Assembly: GCA_002633005.1 (NCBI GenBank)
Contig: NMRA01000395.1
Span: forward strand, 230,994-294,993
Source: Phoronis australis
Lineage: Eukaryota; Animalia; Phoronida
Length of the DNA stretch: 64,000 nucleotides
Direction of reading: 5' to 3'
Shown here: piece after piece, positions 62,701 through 64,000 of the stretch
How the letters are laid out: each line of letters opens with the position of its first letter
How positions within the stretch are numbered: the stretch's first letter is position 1
The notes under the pieces: model-generated
Told to the model about the DNA's origin: nothing
The model's input: the letters and a program-made list of their open reading frames with translations, nothing else
Database searches by the model: none
Translations under genes and position numbers: made by a program

Positions 62701-63780
62701 TTTGTATAATTTAAAAATGCTCAAGGGTTGTGAACGGCTACGCCCTATTTCATGGTCACTTAATCCTAGGCTACATGAAACATCAAAAAAAACCTTTTCC
62801 AGCAAATTCAGGTTCAGCCCCCTGGCTCCCGATATATAGTTCATTTAGAGTTTCACAGGTTTTGGTCAACATAGAAGTCCAGTTTTAAGTTCGGGATGGA
62901 AGTTTTGGTTGTGTGACTTAAATTTCAGTTGATAAACCCTAATTTATAATACTATAGTTTAAATCATTCTGTGTGTGTTATTTTGTATTTTTGTGGCATA
63001 TATCTATGAAGTGTTGGTTGGTTGCACTTAACTCATTTGGCTCTAATGCCGACTGCTGGAGGACCCTAATGCCAACAGGTGGCGTGGCGGTATATCTGAA
63101 TTCAGAGTCAGGTGCATGCAAACATGGTGCATTTTGTAAATTTGATTGGAGACAGTCCTACTTCTTGCTTTCATTTGAATTTTAGAATGTTAAATCTGTC
63201 TTGTGCTAAATCCGAATTCTGTTTCACCACCACCAGGCTGTGAGCCTGTTTAATATGAAAAGAATCCTATCCTAACAGCCTCACTTGGCTTGTGGAACTT
63301 GGCCAATTCCTCTGGTTTCATAACCTTAAAATACACTTATAGCTGATGTTATCGTTCTCAGTCAGGGAGGCTTATAGCTAAATGGTGGTCAAAATGAACT
63401 ACACATTTTCTGTTTCTTGGCATCTGTCTAATAACTCTTCAATATAAATACCTGTAGTAATAATTGTGTGGCTGTGGTGATGTCTAGTGCTATGTGCTTT
63501 TGCAAAATTTAAATTGATTTTCTACTGTATTTACTATGGTAGTAAGGGATAGTATTAATGTTTATTGACAGATGTAGAAGTCCGGTAATTAGGGTATATT
63601 GCTTGTAGTCAGCATTTATCAGTGAAATCTTGAGTGAATTTTACAGCCCCTGAGACTGTACGGCAGTTCAGTGTCACTGTTGTGAATTACACTTGTGTCC
63701 GTGTGTCATGGTCTGCTCCATTAGAAAGAGGTCTGAATGCTCCTGAGTTGGTGTACTTCATAGAAGGAAATAGCACAAAG
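11710..63780 (+). CDS. Multi-exon gene (partial, 22 exons): mucin-like stalk plus at least 14 FN3 domains; R3-type receptor protein tyrosine phosphatase-like (PTPRQ/PTPRB-like) ectodomain
   Basis: Exons joined by hand at AG/GT sites give one open frame of 1557 codons. FN3 motifs (SLTITW..G..Y..LTPG..Y.V.V.T; W.PP..PNG.I..Y; LKPYTNY) recur. Family assignment is inferred from domain type only; start codon, TM and PTP domains are not in the window. Confidence 0.8.
12405..13726 (+). mobile_element. HINE family, complete copy
   Basis: 5' ttttt-ATGTGCCCACATATTTATATGTGGATGCAT hairpin, (GTCC)n, about 2 core repeats, 3' ATGGGCGCAA subTIR plus hairpin. Confidence 0.85.
14398..14463 (+). CDS. Ser/Thr-rich exon (GNSSLSTTPLSFIDTTVTTTVI)
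   Basis: ttttcag acceptor, gtaaga donor, 66 nt, phase 1-1, open frame. Confidence 0.7.
16092..16169 (+). CDS. Ser/Thr-rich exon (TDSTKVTHQVLSTAEMGSTATPATQP)
   Basis: atttcag acceptor, gttagt donor, 78 nt, phase 1-1. Confidence 0.7.
17183..17710 (+). CDS. Mucin-like Thr/Ser-rich exon, 176 codons
   Basis: gtttcag acceptor, gtgagt donor, 528 nt, phase 1-1; same frame as ORF 17248..17718; 17-aa internal repeats. Confidence 0.85.
18028..18813 (+). mobile_element. HINE family, older diverged copy
   Basis: ATGCGCTCACATATAAATATGTGGGTGCAT 5' hairpin; CCCCTAGTGGC motifs; 3' ATGGGTGCATTTCAATACTCC...CTCTTGTT. Confidence 0.7.
19005..19154. repeat. 21-bp minisatellite, about 7 copies
   Basis: GATCACTTAGCTTAAGGACTT. 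Confidence 0.9.
19598..19871. repeat. 54-bp minisatellite, 5 copies
   Basis: CATTCCATCTGTATGGCTATGCAGAGAATAGTAATATTCTGTGTGTGACTCTTA. Confidence 0.95.
20428..21757. mobile_element. Non-autonomous TIR DNA transposon, possibly ISL2EU-like
   Basis: AT|AGACCACTTGCGGGTT ... AACTCGCAAGTAGTCT|AT (2 mismatches); superfamily inferred only from the AT flank. Confidence 0.6.
22654..22917 (+). CDS. FN3 domain 1 exon
   Basis: ttttccag/gtaagt, 264 nt, phase 1-1; TSLTVRWNY...GLTPGRRYTVYITT. Confidence 0.9.
23072..24498 (+). mobile_element. HINE family, 3'-truncated copy
   Basis: Intact 5' hairpin, long GTCC/GGCGTCC microsatellite, about 3 core repeats; ends abruptly at TTAA 24501. Confidence 0.8.
25003..25293 (+). 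CDS. FN3 domain 2 exon
   Basis: ttttcag/gtgagt, 291 nt, phase 1-1; TSLTITWNH...LTPGSKYSVTITT. Confidence 0.9.
26406..26490. repeat. 20-bp minisatellite, about 4 copies
   Basis: TACTGTGTTGTTGCTTGATG directly before acceptor 26499. Confidence 0.9.
26500..26763 (+). CDS. FN3 domain 3 exon
   Basis: ttgcag/gtaagt, 264 nt, phase 1-1; TSLSVTWQH...NLTPGTEYNVTVMT. Confidence 0.9.
27267..27557 (+). CDS. FN3 domain 4 exon (near-identical to domain 2)
   Basis: ttttcag/gtgagt, 291 nt, phase 1-1; 4 aa differences from exon 25003-25293. Confidence 0.85.
28541..28834 (+). CDS. FN3 domain 5 exon
   Basis: ttacag/gtacgt, 294 nt, phase 1-1; TSLSVTWTH...SLSPGSSYIVSVTT. Confidence 0.9.
29412..29855. mobile_element. 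Foldback MITE with a 19-bp minisatellite expanded in the left arm
   Basis: Arms 29412-29690 and 29708-29855 are imperfect inverted copies; CATGGGTGTATGGTACGCT about 7x at ~29509-29648. Confidence 0.7.
32902..33156 (+). repeat. 63-bp tandem repeat, 4 copies, inside Gypsy RNase H
   Basis: Translates as (YSVPVKCFQFYLYGTDPKPLV)x4. Confidence 0.95.
33405..33733 (+). repeat. 3' LTR of the Gypsy element
   Basis: Preceded by G-rich PPT-like acaggggtgtgt; TGT...ACA termini; AATAAA near 33626; no 5' LTR in window. Confidence 0.65.
34043..34240. repeat. 40-bp minisatellite, 5 copies
   Basis: CAATGTATTTCTAACAGTCCGTTCATCACTGGATGCTAAT. Confidence 0.95.
34276..34542 (+). CDS. FN3 domain 6 exon
   Basis: ctttcag/gtaagt, 267 nt, phase 1-1; TTSVTVTWSK...SLTPGAIYNITVTT. 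Confidence 0.9.
34850..36010 (+). repeat. Highly diverged relative of the HINE core repeat
   Basis: Residual motifs ctccaggtggcc, gcccctagtggtc, gtgccccctagtggca and gaaatttgg at roughly core spacing. Confidence 0.45.
39571..39637 (-). mobile_element. tRNA-derived SINE head or tRNA pseudogene
   Basis: Minus strand A box TAGCTGAATGG and B box GGTTCGATTCC at tRNA spacing; acceptor and anticodon stems do not pair well. Confidence 0.65.
39749..39888. mobile_element. Short MITE; truncated sibling at ~699-800
   Basis: Perfect 21-bp inverted repeat CGTTCAGTAACGCTAGGACCT (39749-39769 and 39868-39888); interior aligns by eye with 699-800. Confidence 0.7.
41605..41895 (+). CDS. FN3 domain 7 exon
   Basis: atgtag/gtaagt, 291 nt, phase 1-1; NSLEITWL...GLTPGTQYGVTVIA. 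Confidence 0.9.
42245..42762. repeat. 18-bp minisatellite, more than 20 variant copies
   Basis: GATTGATGTCCGTCAAAC and variants. Confidence 0.9.
42989..43198 (+). CDS. FN3 domain 8, N-terminal half
   Basis: ttgtag/gtaata, 210 nt; PGPPSAP...VEVSWNKPSAPNGVITGYQILY. Confidence 0.9.
43553..43642 (+). CDS. FN3 domain 8, C-terminal half
   Basis: tttacag/gtaaga, 90 nt; GSKYEFSIVAFNSKGGG. Confidence 0.9.
43991..44166 (+). CDS. FN3 domain 9, N-terminal half
   Basis: cttcag/gtgagt, 176 nt, phase 1 to 0; SMIVQWGYPTQPNGVIVHYLL. Confidence 0.88.
45259..46762 (+). mobile_element. HINE family, young-looking 3'-truncated copy with 3 full ~450-bp repeats
   Basis: ttttt-ATGCGCCCACATATTTATATGTGGACGCAT; equivalent CTAG positions at 45449, 45898, 46349 (periods 449 and 451). 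Confidence 0.85.
48029..48474. repeat. 55-bp minisatellite, 8 copies
   Basis: CACTGTACTAACTAGATGTGTTCTAAGATAGAGTTGTGTGAGTTTCTTGACACTC. Confidence 0.95.
48526..48736 (+). CDS. FN3 domain 9, C-terminal half
   Basis: ttttcag/gtgagt, 211 nt, phase 0 to 1 (complements previous exon); DLLPYTDYTFEVFAVNGEGTG. Confidence 0.88.
49362..49676 (+). CDS. FN3 domain 10 exon
   Basis: ttttcag/gtactt, 315 nt, phase 1-1; ISLTWKPPSQPNGVITKY...LEEYWNYNFSI. Confidence 0.9.
50432..50779. repeat. 42-bp AT-rich minisatellite, about 8 copies, ending at a single N
   Basis: TATAGACTTATAATAATTAACTTACTTAACAAAGACCTTCAA. Confidence 0.95.
51550..51699 (+). CDS. FN3 domain 11, N-terminal half
   Basis: cttttag/gtaggt, 150 nt; SVLLQWSAPPRLHQNGIIRKY. 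Confidence 0.88.
52306..53072. mobile_element. Non-autonomous hAT-like element
   Basis: 14-bp TIR CAGGGCTGCCAACT / AGTTGGTAGCCCTG (1 mismatch); TSD unresolved (aaacat vs cagcat). Confidence 0.65.
53791..54345. repeat. 30-bp minisatellite in two blocks (7 and 4 copies) either side of a single N
   Basis: GATGTGTAACCTGGCGTAGATAGAAACATT. Confidence 0.9.
54892..55032 (+). CDS. FN3 domain 11, C-terminal half
   Basis: ttttcag/gtaagt, 141 nt; YRVPGLKPYTNYTFELWAET. Confidence 0.88.
55067..55502. repeat. ~200-bp direct repeat pair (55067-55268 and 55302-55502)
   Basis: CACAGCTCAAAAT...AACATTGTACAGTAATTAAGT occurs twice with scattered differences. Confidence 0.85.
55700..55984 (+). CDS. FN3 domain 12 exon
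   Basis: ttttccag/gtatgt, 285 nt, phase 1-1; PSKPTGL...INLTWVEPDPANGIIILY...NLAAHTRYNLTVAAWT. Confidence 0.9.
56138..56384. mobile_element. Degenerate MITE
   Basis: Imperfect TIR CTGGGGCTAGTTCCAAGAAA / TTTCTTGAAACGGACCTCTAG. Confidence 0.4.
56949..57083. repeat. 47-bp minisatellite, about 3 copies
   Basis: TGGCTTTGTCATGTACTAGCCAAGATGGCAGTGGGTCTGATGGTGGA. Confidence 0.9.
57090..57500 (+). pseudogene. Possible DIRS-type retrotransposon gag remnant
   Basis: DPATGEVIATFINSGLRMQPNEKNLNKTLQ...NNCVNMTIPHTNP resembles, from memory, the P.NC..L.VP..NP segment of invertebrate DIRS gag; stops present. Confidence 0.35.
58743..58919 (+). CDS. FN3 domain 13, N-terminal half
   Basis: ttttcag/gtaaaa, 177 nt; PSDPTGV...NSTSFEVRWISPEPNPGPTNY. 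Confidence 0.88.
60482..60613 (+). CDS. FN3 domain 13, C-terminal half
   Basis: ttttttag/gtttga, 132 nt; GMEEYWLYRASVAAITEKG. Confidence 0.85.
61900..62310 (-). mobile_element. Probable RTE-clade LINE 5'-UTR remnant with triplicated motif
   Basis: Minus strand motif (GGTAGATGG...TAGCCTTGG.AGG..G...TCTAGGAGAAGGAAAACTCTGATT) present 2-3 times; recalled as typical of RTE 5' ends, not database-verified. Confidence 0.45.
63647..63780 (+). CDS. FN3 domain 14, N-terminal half (gene continues beyond window)
   Basis: ttacag/gtgagc, 134 nt, phase 1 to 0; APETVRQF...VRVSWSAP. Confidence 0.85.
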
Positions 63781-64000
63781 GTGAGCTGGTCATGTTTTAA
63801 AATGGGGCAAAGGTGAGCTGGCTATGTTTTCACTGACTGCAAACTTGTTAATGTTATGCAGGACCATTTAGCTAAATGTCTAGAATACTACAGACCTTAT
63901 TTCAGCAAAAGTATAATTTCCTGAAAGTAAAGATTGCTTAGAATTTGATTTCTTAATTATATACCAATCTCACATTGAATAGGTCGTGTGGCCATCCCTT

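Noticed and set aside
11710-63780. Assigning a gene symbol such as PTPRQ, or calling it Dscam, usherin or tenascin
   Set aside because: No Ig, laminin, EGF, TM or PTP domains in the window; orthology cannot be established from FN3 repeats alone

Overview
AT-rich eukaryotic (invertebrate animal) genomic DNA; there are no prokaryotic genes, and almost all ORFs in the supplied track are spurious. One large + strand multi-exon gene spans most of the window. I reconstructed 22 exons with GT-AG sites and consistent phases (4671 nt, 1557 codons, open at both ends). They encode a Ser/Thr-rich mucin-like stalk followed by at least 14 fibronectin type III domains, resembling the ectodomain of R3-type receptor tyrosine phosphatases (PTPRQ/PTPRB-like); no transmembrane or phosphatase domain lies in the window. 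Introns and the upstream flank are dense with repeats: a decayed Gmr1-like Ty3/Gypsy element (integrase before RT), nested hAT and Harbinger MITEs, a tRNA-derived SINE head, probable DIRS and RTE remnants, many minisatellites and two likely haplotype mis-assemblies. The most striking signal is a family of non-autonomous Helentron (HINE/DINE-1-like) elements, all in the same orientation. Their internal ~450-bp repeat is built from three ~150-bp subunits, each centred on a close match to the CTCF core motif, giving roughly 50-60 co-oriented CTCF-like sites (manual count).
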